DNA of 64,000 bases from Octopus bimaculoides (taxonomy: Eukaryota). Location of the stretch: assembly GCF_001194135.2 (NCBI RefSeq), contig NC_068990.1, positions 53,065,140 to 53,129,139 of the forward strand. The letters are read 5' to 3'. This document shows positions 37,281-50,689 of this stretch, in pieces (positions within the stretch are counted from its first letter, which is position 1; every line of letters starts with the position of its first letter). Under the pieces are notes generated by a model, which was given only the letters and a program-made list of their open reading frames with translations, had not been told where the DNA came from and made no database searches. The translations under genes were made by a program, and so were the position numbers.

Positions 37281-37984
37281 TTACTGTATTCAAGTACTGG
37301 GGTCAGTGTAATTGACTTGTCCTTCCCCTCAAAATTTCTGCCCTTGAGCCGAAATTTGAAACTATTATTTTATCATTATTGACAGCAGTGTGGTGTGTTA
37401 GAATTGGTAGAGTACATACCAAACTGCTTTTAAGCAACTACTTTGGTCTCCTAAGTGGCCATCCATCCCAGTGTAAACTAGGCTTCACATCTAGTAGATA
37501 TACTGACGGAGTCCTTATCTTAGATATAATGACCTGTTCTATCTTCCAGTTGATCAGTAAAATTATAAAAGGATTTCCTGCATGATACACTGGTGCTGCA
37601 AGTGGGCCCTTTAGGGTGGGGTAATAAATTTTGTATTGGTAATGGGTACAAAGGGAGCAGGGGTGTGAGCAACAGGTAGAAAATCTGTACAGCTTTTTAG
37701 CCTGTCTCCTATTTAGCTATTTCTAAAAAAATCTAAATATATTATGATAAACTGCTTGTTTGCCACTATCATAATGACAGTAACAGTAATGACAGCATCA
37801 ACTTTAATATTCAACTTCTAAATGTGAATGAACGAACAAAACTAAACATATGCTGCCTATGCAGGTAAATTATAAACAATAAAGACTATTGTATAATTTA
37901 AAAGACACTGTCAAACTTGAAGCTGTTTCCATGCATGCAATAAAACCAACCACTACACTTGTAGTATTAAGTAGCATCTTCACT

Positions 37985-38015
<31 letters not shown>

Positions 38016-39294
38016 TCATATGTATATGAGGTGTAGTTAATTTTGCTGATTTGTAGCAAGGGAGCATTGAAAAAGTATTAATAAAAGGGGAAGAATCACT
38101 TGTTAAAAACTGTTTGAGAAGCTTTGCTCTGCCAGTAATTTTGGATCCAAATTTTTGATTTGTTTATTTGGAACTTAATTTCAGTTGCTAACTTTACTTC
38201 TCTCTTAACCCTCTGATCACTAACTTCCCCTTTAATATAATAGGCTTTTAATATTTATTTTTGTTTTATTGATTTTATACAAAAGAAGGATCTGTTATCC
38301 CTAAAGATCCTGTTCTCAGATTACTAGGTTCTGTGTTTTACTAGAGCAGTTGAAAGATGATGGCTGCAAAGAAAACCTAGACACAGTGGGAATTCATGGG
38401 AATTCAAGAAGTAGCTTCATACTAATCAGTCAGATGATTTAAAAAAAATTTTATTATTCTATATATTTTTATTATTAGTTGTTCCTAATGGAAAAAAAGT
38501 ATTTTTTACTAATCTAAATTCCTGTTTATGTAATTAAATATTTGTCTCACCTATTAGTGCTCAAAAAATCTAATTACTATTGTTATTATATGAAAGTTCA
38601 CCTGTTTATAATCATTTTCTCGTTAGAGATCCTAATGTTTATATATCTTATCTTGTTTTTTTCAGCTCCAACCCATTTAAAGTACTGCCAGATATTGATT
38701 TTTGTGTCTTATATTCTGTTGATTTTATCATTGTTGTAAGAGGCCATGGCTTTTCTCTCCAGTCAGAATGTCATGAACTTAAAAGTTCCACCTGAATGCG
38801 CGCGCACACACACACACTTTTTCTAACTTAAGAAAAAACACATTTTCTGGAGAGAGGATGTTTATTTAACTACATCCACACCACACCCCAACCTCGTGTT
38901 TTATAAGTTACACTAAATTGAAGTCAACTAGGATTAAAATTCAAGATTGGTATGATATCAAACTAGAACTTTAAGTGTTGTCTGTGTTACTTTAAACTAG
39001 AACTGCCTGTATAACAAGGGAGGTAACTCTCACAACGTCACAAAAAACCGGAAGTTTTACTTCTTAATATGAGCGATATTCTAGCCATTTTACCTTTATT
39101 TTGCTTCTTTTTATTAATATATATTTACTTTTCCACCAGCCAATATTATTATTATTATTATTATTATTAGTCCCCTCCTTGTACCTTTAGTAGAAAAGTT
39201 TAGTATTATTATTATAAAAATATGCTTTTGCAAAGTTTATGTGACCGAGAAGGAAATCGTCAGTCATGCAGTTATCCTATATTTCTAATTGTGT

Positions 39295-39344
<50 letters not shown>

Positions 39345-40491
39345 GCATAAATACTCACAAATACACATGGCCAGTCTTGCACAGCTTTCAACGTAAAATA
39401 AAGATTTAGAAAGTGTTCTCAGTGCTTTTGCTGTTGTACTACTTTGGTTTAGTCAGTTTATAATCCAGTTACGATCTCCACATTAAACTGTTCTACTTGC
39501 TTCACTCGTATCCTTTGGCAATGTATGAATGCCACAACCTCTGGTTTTTCTTCCTAAATAAATTATATCTGTTTTTATCTCTTATGCTGTGATGAGTCAT
39601 ATTAATTTAACATTTCTAAATATTGTACATAGCTCATATTATATTTATACTACAGTCATATGTCAGTTATTCTGTATTCTACTCTTGCTACACTATGTTG
39701 CCCTCTACCCCTGCTACACTCTATTCATGTTGTTGTATACTGTACTTTATTTCTGCTATAATATACTGTACCCTACTCATGCTGTAAGTCTTTCTTGGAA
39801 GTTAATGTTTTCCTTTTATTATTATATTTGTTGTAAATAAGGATTTTGGATTGTTGGGTGGTGTGTGACTGAACAATGATAGAACTGTAGAGAAACAATA
39901 TGAAATAGTATGAAAAATAATATGAACAACGATAGAATTATAGAGAAACAATATGAAATAATGTATGAAGTCAAGTGTATCTGTTTAGGTTGATGGAAAA
40001 TGGTTTTGGAATTTGTAATTAATCTTGCAGTATTCTTGTTATTTTCTCTCCTTGAAGTTTTAGCTACTTCTTTTTTGTCAGTGATAAATTGATTGTCTCT
40101 CACTATCCTCCTTCACTATCCTCCTTCACTTTTGTTTCATTTCTTTCTCTTCTTAATTCTTCAGGGCATATTTGTGTGTGTGTTGCAGTGAGTCTTTGTT
40201 ATGTTACCCTCAGCTAACACAATCTCTCTACTTCCCCTCCTTCCTTCTCACTCCTCTTACGTCACCCATCCACAATATATCGATGTTACATGTTTCCATT
40301 GTCTTAGAGAAAACAGCAAAAGAGGAGAGAGAGAGAGAGAGACTTATTTCAAGTATTTTTCTACTTTCAACAAGTTTTAAAATGTGATGTTTAGGATCAT
40401 TACAATGCTTAATAAGCACAGCAATTAGTTGTAGTAGTAATAATAGTAGCAGTATGCATTTTTATTATGAAATCAACAATTGTAATGGTCA

Positions 40492-40494
<3 letters not shown>

Positions 40495-40544
<50 letters not shown>

Positions 40545-40547
40545 CTC

Positions 40548-40640
<93 letters not shown>

Positions 40641-40645
40641 CTCTG

Positions 40646-40700
<55 letters not shown>

Positions 40701-40730
40701 CTATCTATCTCTTTCTCTCTCTCTCTCTCC
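40495..40730 (+). repeat. Compound (CA)n-(CT/CTGT)n microsatellite
   Basis: Direct reading. Confidence 0.95.
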
Positions 40731-41149
40731 TTTAGTAAACTAGAGATCAGTTCGGTATGGAAAGTAAATATTTCATTATTACATAAAACACAATATAATA
40801 CTGATATTTATTTCAACCCCAGGTGAGAAGAATCGATCAACACTAGGGGAATTTCTATAATTTCTGCCAAGTCTGGGCCATTTGTCAAACACTAATAATA
40901 ATGCTACTTATACTACTATGTTACTATTAATACTTCTATATTATTACTACACACAGTAATAATAATGCTTCTAATATTACTATATTATTACTGGTACTGC
41001 TATATTATTAGTACCCAAAGTAATAATGTTATTTCTATGGTTCTTGGTGGCTAGAATTAACTTTGAAATTCTTAAGAAGTTGTGGTATTTATATTTTTAT
41101 TCTAATGTGTAAAGTAAATGAAATAGATGTTCATGTCTGGATACTTACT

Positions 41150-41600
41150 AGGTCTTTACAAAAATATGGTCCTCATTAGATGACTGCTTACATATCTTGG
41201 ACAGTGCTGCTGCTCTCTGTGCTGCCATGCATCCACACACCTTTTAGATAAAGGCCATCCAGTTGATTGCCAAAGATTCTCCAATAATCTAAATGACTAT
41301 AGTTGATATATTATTTTGGTTTATCTCTAGAGTTCTTCTGTTTCTACCAACACCTCTTCCATCTCCTCCAATAAAGCCCATTCAATGTACCAGTCTTTCT
41401 CCTTGCCTTGTTATCCTCACTTTGCCCTTATCTCCTCCTTCCTAAAACCTATACATTAAATAGTTTTCAATCATTCCTCCTGCCTGAAATTCCACTCTCT
41501 GGCTACTGGCATCAAACTACAAAGCTTAACCTAAAGTTCATTCACATTGATCTCATCAACTAGAGAAAATCTTAAAAGTTCATCTGTACTCTTCTTCCCC
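41150..41600 (+). mobile_element. Possible L2/CR1-group LINE 3' remnant
   Basis: Weak match to the EYCSHIW..LD..QRKAIRLI post-RT motif, with frameshifts. Confidence 0.3.
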
Positions 41601-41689
41601 CTTATCCAGTAAAATTATAATTAAAACTTGCAAAAAAAAAAAAAAATTGTTGTGAATTTTGTTCAGTGAAAATCCTATCATTCTGTTAT

Positions 41690-42620
41690 ATAAGAGGGTA
41701 AGTTTTGTTTCTGTAATTTATTAAAACAAAGCAAGGATTGAACATTATCATTTTTTGACATAGTTTCACTGCTTTTTGATGAACTTCTTACAGCAGTCTA
41801 TGAGCTTCCCTTCTCCATCAAAGAAGAAGGTCACTTGCTAGTCATGCAGCCATTTATGTACCGCTTCCTGCACTTTTTTACTTGTAACAAATCGATGACG
41901 TTGTAAAGGATGTCTGAATGGTTCAAAGAGGTGATAGTCTGAAGGCTGTATGCAAAATGTTCCAGCAACTTGAAACCCAAGTTTTCAATGATTTCAATTG
42001 TGTGGGCAACTGTATGTGGGCATGTACACATTTTTGTGCAACAGTAACACATGCTTTCACAAAAGAGCTCAGCATTTGGTGCAAATTGCTGGTTTCCATT
42101 TGTTGGCAGATATTTCACTAGTGACTGTAGACCCTTTTCCAGGTAAAACCAGTGTATACCCTTTTGCATCCCAAATAAGGGTTAGCATCACTTTTTCTAC
42201 AGAAGGCTGAATCTTCGATTTTGTTTTTTGCTGGTAATTCTAGGTGATTCTACTCCACACTCTGACTTTTGGGGTCTGACTCAGTGATGGACCCAAGTCT
42301 TATCACCAGCGACTATCCTCCCCAAAAAATTTCCACTTTCTTTGTTATAGTGGTCAAGTAATGCACTTTAGTAAGCTCTCTTTGCAGCCCCTCTTTCACA
42401 GACTTTACGGAAGCTTTATAAAGTTTGCCATGGATGATTTTTTTTTCCAGAACCTTGACTGATTTGCAGAGAACATGCTGTCTTATTGACAGTCTCTTGT
42501 CAATTTGCCAAAACCATCTCTTGAGTTTGCTCACTCTTCACATCAGTGGTGGAAGTTGATAGGTGTCCTGCTCCCACTTTGTGCTTCACATTTATCTGGC
42601 CATTTTAAAACTTCTTGATC
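41690..42620 (-). mobile_element. Decayed mariner transposase fragment
   Basis: PHTVAHTIEIIENLGFKLLEHFAYS matches the mariner PH..A..T..L..LG.E.L.HPPYSP region. Confidence 0.7.
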
Positions 42621-43324
42621 CTCTCATACACACTTATATGTGATAGAACGCTGCCCCTGTATTGCACTGAAAGCCTGCAATAAATTCCAGTGCCTGGCAT
42701 ACTTTCAGACCAGAGACATCAGACAGAGACACTGCCAGAAAGAAAACTGGAGCAATCAAGGTCAAACCTCGGTCATGTAACTACAAGAGTACCACCTATT
42801 AGTACATGAGTGGTGAAAGTGTGGATAATTTTTGATTTCCTCTTGTTGTATTGCTGCTGCTGCTGCTAATAATAATAATCATAACAATTTCTTTTTCCTG
42901 TACATACACACACCCTGTTCTGTTAGTAAACCAAGTTGATTTGTCTCTTATATGACTGGAGTAATTAGCACAGGCAATATGGAACCCTAAACGGAGTTTA
43001 ATTTCTAACGTTGTTACTGTTGCCTTTGTTACCTAACACTGACACAAACAATATTCAATCTTTGGAATGGTCAGCTCACTTCTATTTAAACAAATATAAG
43101 ACAGTTGATTTTTCTTTCAGAATGAAACAAAAATACATTTTCTTTGTGTTGAAATTGAGATTTTTTGTTTTTTTGATAGTGAAATTGATAGAAAAATAAT
43201 CTTAAACTTAAAAAAAAAAAGCTGTCAAACCTTCTGGTATAATAGTGATTAATAAAGTAGATTTATGTCATACGGGATTAAGGAAATGATAGAAATGTTG
43301 AAGGATAAGAAATATTTATGTTAA

Positions 43325-43363
<39 letters not shown>

Positions 43364-45499
43364 ATAGTAACTTTTTCTTATCTCAAGGGTTTGAATCTCA
43401 CTTGAAATTTCATATCATATTGGTAATGGAAAATGTTTATTTTTCTACCATGGCATTGGTTATACAACACTAAAGTCTTTGAATATGATTCAGCTCTGTT
43501 ATTTCCTAATTTTGGAGGTTACTTTTATAAGAGGTGTCTTCCTCTATCAACTCAAGTTTCTTATCTAGCATTTATTGTTTATTCACAACATATCAGACCA
43601 CCAGAGTTCTCCTTTCTGGCAACACAAACTATTATCTTCTTACACTCAGTTTTTCTTCTACTTTAATCTTGTACATCCAACAGATTATGTTTTAGACATT
43701 CCACTCCCATCATTGTAGACCTGGGACATTCAATGCTGCCATTTTTTTTTTTTTTTTCTTAAATAAAAAGATGTAATAGTGTGTGAGTGTATAGGAGTTT
43801 GTGGCATTTTTATGGTCATGGTTCTGTATTAAAAACAAAACAATAAACTGCTTTGCATATTTAACAATACAATTTTAAACACACACGCACACATGTGCAC
43901 GTGTGCGTGCGTATGTGTATAGCTGAAGTTATTTTATTTCCTATTGCTTCAGATATTATCTTCTTTTATTCTGAAAGTCCAGACTACATCTGTTGGTGTA
44001 TTTCTTAAAAGTATTTCTTTTATCCTCTTATATTATTCTCTCTTTTTTCCCTTCTTTGTTTCTATTTTAAAGCATTTTTAACAACCTTACATATTTGATG
44101 CCAGCTGTTTCTGTTTTTGTGTTTTTATTGAAATTCTTGAAGCTAGAATGGAAATAGAATTAAGTTGTAATCATTGAACCAATCCATTTCAGTTTTAGTT
44201 GAGGATGACTGACTCGTCATTCCTGGATTTGATTCATTTCAAAATAAAAGGAATTTTGTCCAGTTGTTCTAGAAAATAATAGAAACTTGCTTAATAAATA
44301 CTTGAGTTCTTTGTTACAAAACCAGCTGACCTACCTATAAATTTTAATTTAATTTTATTTTGTGAAACAAAAAAAACTGATCCTCTTCTTTTTATCTTAT
44401 TAACAATCTCTTAGTTTATTTTTTTGTCTCTGTGATTTATTGTGGAATGACTGGAGAAAACATGGAGCCAAAAAGAGTCTAGAAATGAAACTTCTCTGAA
44501 ATTACTTTCTTGAAATGAATGTGCTTTTGTTGTTGTTGAGAGATGAATATTGAGATTTCCAAAGAAAAGACAAATCCTTGTTGTGTAAAATGAGAAGATT
44601 GATTTCTTTGTATTACTTTTTTATTTGGTTCTTACTTAAAAGAAAATTACCAATCTAGGGGTATGGATAACTAGAACTGTAAAAATCTGGAACCAAATAC
44701 CTTGTGGTGTTTATTCTGCTTCTTTGCATTTTGAGTTCAAATTCCATCTATTTAACACCAGGTAAGGTTTCCAATTTAAGGATACCTCCCTCCCACCAAT
44801 CTCGGAGGTCCTGTAAAAGGGTCTTGGGCATGGTCGTCTCTCCTGATTAAAAGATAAAAAGGTACTGTGTGTTATGGTGTGTTGCTATATTTGCAATCAG
44901 CTGAGTCTTACTTCACCTTTCCAACTGTCACCTGAAACCACTCCACTTAATCACTAATGTTCATGGGGAAGATGATGAATGTCACTCTTGTTCACTCTGC
45001 ATTAAAATCACTATTTTCTTGAATCAAATGTATAGTTTTTATCATAATTATATTGAAAAGTCTCTGAGAAGTATAAAGATGATGAATAAAAAATTGAAGC
45101 CTCATGTAACAAGTGCTGAAATTGATAGTTATTGACAAGATGTTGAAAAAATGTTGGATTAAATATGATTAATTAATTGCTAAACCTTAAATCTCTTGAG
45201 AGATCAGTAAAATAAGTAGATCAAATGAAAACTAAAAGCAGCTTGAGTATCATTTAGTGGATAAGATATTTTTGCAGCAGAAAACTGACTGGATCCTTCC
45301 ACTTGAGTTCTTTCACAACAGTTTCTAATACTAAAAAGTTAGGATAAGCTTTTTTTTTGTTTGTTTTATTTTGAAAATTATATAAAATAATAAGGAAAAC
45401 AAGCCAAAGCAGTTAGCTATTGTATTGGATGGAAGGATTTTAGTACAAATGCATTGCATATTATTATTATGTTTTATCTTTAATTTGTTTCAGTATTGG

Positions 45500-45895
45500 A
45501 CTGTGGCTATGCCTTGAAGGGTTTAGTTGATGAAATATCTCCGGTACTTATTTTTAAGTTTGGTACTTATTCTTTTTGTCCCTTTTGCCAAACTGTTACA
45601 GGGTTGTAAACAAACCAACACTGGTTGTCAAGCAGTGTATGTGTGTATGTATGTATGTGTGTGCACGTGTGCATGCATGTGTGCATGGATGTGTGCATGC
45701 ATGTGTGCATGGATGTGTGCATGCATATGTGTAAAAGCTTTCCATACAGTTTCCATCTACCAAATTTGTTCGCAAGGTATTGGTCAGCTCAGGGTTTTAT
45801 AGTAGAAGATACTTGCTCAGGGTGCTATGCAGTGGGACTGAACTTGAAGCTATTTAATTTCAAAGTGAGCTTTTTAACCACACAGCCCTGCCTGC
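45500..45895 (-). mobile_element. SINE family B with internal TGCATG-type repeat
   Basis: GTGGGACTGAAC (B box) and TTCCATCTACCAAAT on the reverse strand. Confidence 0.7.
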
Positions 45896-47025
45896 TAGTA
45901 TTATTTTATTCATAAATATATTTTGCTGTTTGTAGATGTTTGCAGTTTGCATTTGTAATTTCATTGTAATTACTAATGTATAAGTTGTTTGTTTTGCCTT
46001 ATATTTATTGCAGTCAGTCTTACAATCTGAAATAGAGGAGGAAAAGTAGGAGTATCCTGAAGGACTGTCCATGGTTGGTCTTTGGTTATTTAACTCTCAT
46101 CTGATTCTCTGAAATACTCTACAAGTGTTTTGTCATGTTTTTGGGCAGTGCACAAATGTTCATTACAGTTAGTAAATATCAAAAAAAAAAGAAAGTGTCC
46201 TGATGTAGAGATTTATTCTCCTTTTCTTTAATTCCATCAGAATTTGCTTTTGTAAGTAATGGTTGTTTGGATTTATTTGTGACTAAAATCCAGAGGAAAC
46301 TAGCATTGATGGTTTATATCAACAAAAATGAATGATCAAAGTTTAGAGAAGTTTGTGTGTTGACAGAATTCTAACATTTTAGACAGGACCTTCTTGAGAG
46401 TGGAAAAATGAGCGCCCTTTCTCTATGTTAAATATTACCAAACTTGGCCCTTTGCTGCCACAATTTCAGATATTTTGGATTGGCCTTATCTATTTTAATT
46501 CAGAAATTGATATTTGAGCAATGAGTTCTTGAAAATCCTGTTTAGATCCACTTACACCACTCAATTTGATGACTAGTTTCTATTGTGGGAAGAGCATTGA
46601 AACAAAATGATTTATTGAGAAGTGAATTTGGCAATTCCATTTGCAAAGCAACACTTATTGAACTTATGTTTTAGATGATGTAAAAGACAAGTGATCTTGC
46701 ATGACTGAGGAGTGGTGTAGGATACAATGAAAACCAACTTGCCATGTGGAACTCATAAACATTGTGTGATTAATTGTAAATTTGTTTGCAGATCTTGTTG
46801 TGTGATCCACTGTTCAGTTAGTATCAATCTGTTTAAATGCATGTTCACTCCTGCACATGATAGCTAGATGTATATATGCATATGTACATACTTGCATTTA
46901 ACACTCTATATTTTGTGTGAATGGATGAGAATGTGTCTATAATGGAAGGAAAGTTTTTATGATACTTTTGGGGGTGTCTTCTTCTTCCATTATAATTATT
47001 CTGTTGATTCAAGGAGCTGGAAATA

Positions 47026-47392
47026 TGAAGAATGAAGTTCTCAGACAGAGTAAATTCAACAACCGTTTATTCACAGGTGCTTCGTACAAGGGGTTCACTT
47101 TCAGTAACCATCTTCACAGCAGTGCGTAGTTAGCCTTCTCTCCCATACACGTGAGGTTCAATAACCTCTGGAGACAATGCATGTGGTATCATAGCGGGAC
47201 AAATGTCTGCTGTGAGCTCCTGGCTTCGAAGTCTTGCTTGGCGTCAGTGTGAGAAGAATGAGAGGGAAAATGTTGTTTTTTCTTTAAATAATGGTTGCAG
47301 GCAAGATCACGTTTTTGTCTCACATATGGCAATGGTTGCAGGTGAGATCTCGCTGTTTCAAAATGGTGCTGGCTTCTTTGTGCCTCGTTACA
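47026..47392 (-). mobile_element. Possible solo LTR
   Basis: Minus strand runs TGTAACG..CTTCA with an AATAAA signal near the 3' end. No target-site duplication found. Confidence 0.3.
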
Positions 47393-48558
47393 TGTCTATA
47401 CTCACAAATAAACATTCACATGCATATATGTGTGTGAATGTATACACATTTCTACATATGTGTGTGTGTTTGTGCCATTTCATTCAGATTCTCTACGTAA
47501 ATATACAGCACTATATATCATGTAATTAGAGCCTTCTTTTTTTTGGTTCTGATCTTTCATTGTTGACTCCAGTGCCTGTGTAACAAGTTCAGTTTTGACA
47601 AATGAATTTGTTTCTAACTGCCAAAAACCATTTCCCCTTCTCACCATGTCAGTCAGAATCCTTCAACTATGAGAGGATACACAAAAGTAACTAGAAGTGT
47701 TCTCCAAGCCCATTGTAGTTTGGGCTTCAGCCACTAGAAACAACTTGATGCAACCCTCAGGCATCAGTCTGTTGACTGGCATTATTGAGTAAGCTTGTGC
47801 TGCCACGTGGTGTGTCTTTTGTAGTGCTTCTCCCCTTTTTGTTGATTTTTGCAATGGCTGAAATGAAGGAACAGCATGCTTCCATGTAATTCTGTTTTCT
47901 ACTGGGGAAAACCACAGCCAAAACAGTTGTCATGCTTCAAACAGCTTACAAGGATAGTGTCATGAGGAAAATACAAGTTTATGAGTAATTTCCATGCTTT
48001 AGGAATGGTCATGTGTTGCTTGAAGACCACTCTCATTCAGAGCTACTGTTGACCCCAGAACAAATGAAAACATCATGAAAGTCCATAAACTGATCTTGGA
48101 GGACTCTCATTGAACAACTGATGAACTTGTTGATATGATTGGTTTGTCCTGGAGCTCCTGCCAATGAATTTTGAGTGACAAATTGCGAATGAAAAGAGTT
48201 GCAGCAAAATTTGTGCCTCACTTGCTCATGGAAGATCAAAAGCAGTCATGGCGGAATGCGTGTCGTGAACTGAAAGAACAGCTGGAAGTTGATCTGGACC
48301 TTTTTTCGAAGGTCATCACTGGTGATGAAAGCTGGTGATATGGAATTTGCAGATGTGGAAGAGGTGAAGAAAAAATGATGGAGGTGTTAAAAGGCATCAC
48401 TTCACAAGAGTTCCAGCACTGCTTCCAACAGTGGATAATGCATCTGGACCGATGCATTGCTTCAAATGGAGAATACTTTGAAGACAACAAAAGTGTAAAC
48501 ATGTAAAACTAACATAATTTACATTTGTCGGATATTTGTCCTCATCTTGTTTGTTGTT

Positions 48559-48604
48559 AACACAATGTTTCGGCTGATATACCCTCCAGCCTTCATCAGG
48601 TATT
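48559..48604 (-). ncRNA. Minimal type I hammerhead (stem III C-A mismatch)
   Basis: Reverse complement: AATAC CTGATGA A GGCTG gagggtatat CAGCC GAAAC ATT GTGTT. Confidence 0.65.
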
Positions 48605-48881
48605 TTGGAGAAATTTCAAACCAGGGTTCTCATCCTTAAAGTATTTTTTGATGTTGTTTTTATTATTATTATCATTCAGGTCACTGCCTGGAATCGAACT
48701 CGGAATCTTGGGGTTAGTAGCCCGTGCTCTTAACGGACATATGGTGTAGTGGTTAAGAGTGCGGGCTACTATCCCCAAGATTCTGATTTCGATTCCAGGC
48801 AGTGACCTGAATAATAATGATAATAATAACAATATCGAAAAATACCTTAGGAATGAGAACCTAGGTTCGAAATTTCCCCAA

Positions 48882-48927
48882 GACACCTGATGAAGGCTGG
48901 AGAGTATATCAGCCGAAACGTTGTGTT
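48882..48927 (+). ncRNA. Minimal type I hammerhead ribozyme, intact core
   Basis: GACAC CTGATGA A GGCTG gagagtatat CAGCC GAAAC GTT GTGTT, with palindromic AACGTT. Predicted cleavage after 48922. Confidence 0.82.
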
Positions 48928-49399
48928 AACAACAAACAAGATGAGGACAAATATCCGTCAATTGTAAATAATATAAATAATGTACATAATTCCTCATCTC
49001 TTAAATATAGAAATGTAAAACTAAGTGAATAAATAGACATTGCAAAATTCCAGTTTGTTTTGGGTGCCTCCTCGTATTACCATATAATGAGCAACTGTAA
49101 CTTGTCAAGCTGCTCAGTACTTGATTACATGTTTTGCCATAGAAATGATGGACAAAGTATAGTGCTGGTGGATGTCAGAATCAGTAGAGTACTTAACATA
49201 GTGCCTTGCTCTATTGCATTATATCCCATTAAATACTCTGGGATCCCAATTACTTGTATTTTTTTAATTATGAAATGAAATCAATAGACAATAGCTGCCT
49301 GTTTCATCCCTCAGTGTATGTTGAATCACATGCACACACACACGAGCACATGTGTGCACACAATCTCAACATCATTGTCAGTTAACATACACTTTTTGA

Positions 49400-49800
49400 T
49401 GCATGCACAGGTTAGACAGTCTTCCCAATACATTCTGTGTGTTAGAACATCACTGAGACAAGTGAAAAAGTTTAAGTACCCTGGGGTCAAATTCATGAAG
49501 GGAAACGAGATGCTAGGATTGCAGGTGCTGGCACAATAAAGTGCCAGGTCCCAGCATTTGAACTTTAGAAGAGGAGAGATTAGTAAAAAAGCCAAATTCA
49601 TTATTTTCAATTGAGTTTTCATGTTTATCCTCGCCTTATGATCATGAATGTTGGGTAGTGATTGAAGGAGTGAATACAAATAAAAGCAGCCTAATGGGGT
49701 CCCTCTGAAGGGTCTCTGGAGTAACACCATACACCTGTTCAGGCAGTGTTGATTTGATAGAGGGAGTGAGCTAATGTACTGCACATATGTTTTGGTCCCT
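49400..49800 (+). mobile_element. Decayed RTE-like LINE fragment
   Basis: QVKKFKYPGV..DARIAGAG-like motif (FKYLG..I..RI). Confidence 0.45.
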
Positions 49801-50689
49801 ATAAATAAATCATTTGGGAGGTCGTTTAGTTAAAGCTGAACACTCGTACATCATCTTCAATGGGAAAGTCTATCATGTTAAAAATACTGACAGGTCACTA
49901 ACTTTCATGGAGTTGTTGAACATTTCTGTCATTTTGCAGCTTTTTAAAAATTACATGTTTTCAAAGTTGTTTGATTGGTTGGTTTAATCTGAGATTATGA
50001 AAGACTGTGAGTTAAATGTGATGAAATGAGAAAAGTGTACCCTGACACTATGATACCTGGTGGATATTAATCAACTGGACTAAGATACTTTTAGAAGAAA
50101 GTTCTGTCTCTTTATTGTAGTTGTTGTTAATATTCACTCAGTGATTTAGAGGAAAGTCTTTACTGACATAAACTTGTACATGGTTAACTGATGTCTGGTT
50201 AATAACGAATCTTGATTACAATTGACCAGTCTCATTAGAGAAGACATTTAGTTTAGGGAGTCAAATGTTAAGGTAATTTCTTCCAGAATCATGTCTAAGC
50301 TACACTATGTGTATGGGTGTGTGCATGTTACGAACCCTTTTTAAATTAAAGAAAAAATACACTATGAATTAATGTAAGGTTGTCAAAAAGTTCAGGTATC
50401 CAGTGTGCTTTGTTCAACAAATCACATATAGAATTACTATTACAGTAATACTACTGTAAAAGTTATAGTAGGAGAGACAAGGGCAATGCTGTGTCAGTAT
50501 TTAAGTGGTCCCCTCATGGAAATTCCAGTCATAAGTCACTGGGTTGGCTTGAATAAATTACTACACTCTGTTTGAACTGAATTATGTTGGTTAACAGTGT
50601 GTGTGTGTATTTCATATATGTATGTGTGCTGTATGTGTATATATGTATGTTTGTTTGTTTGTCTGTCTGTTTGTAATAAATGATGACAC

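Larger units (their letters stand above)
48513..49012. mobile_element. Head-to-head dimer of the hammerhead-bearing tRNA-SINE
   Basis: Minus copy 48513-48734 and plus copy 48735-49012, flanked by ATGTAAAACTAA at 48501-48512 and 49013-49024. Confidence 0.85.
47668..49076 (+). mobile_element. Mariner element, internally deleted, interrupted near its 3' end
   Basis: ATG at 47854 (MAEMKEQH), KRVAAKFVPHLL and ITGDESW motifs. Right TIR ..TTTTGGGTGCCTCCTCGTA; degenerate left TIR. Confidence 0.85.
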
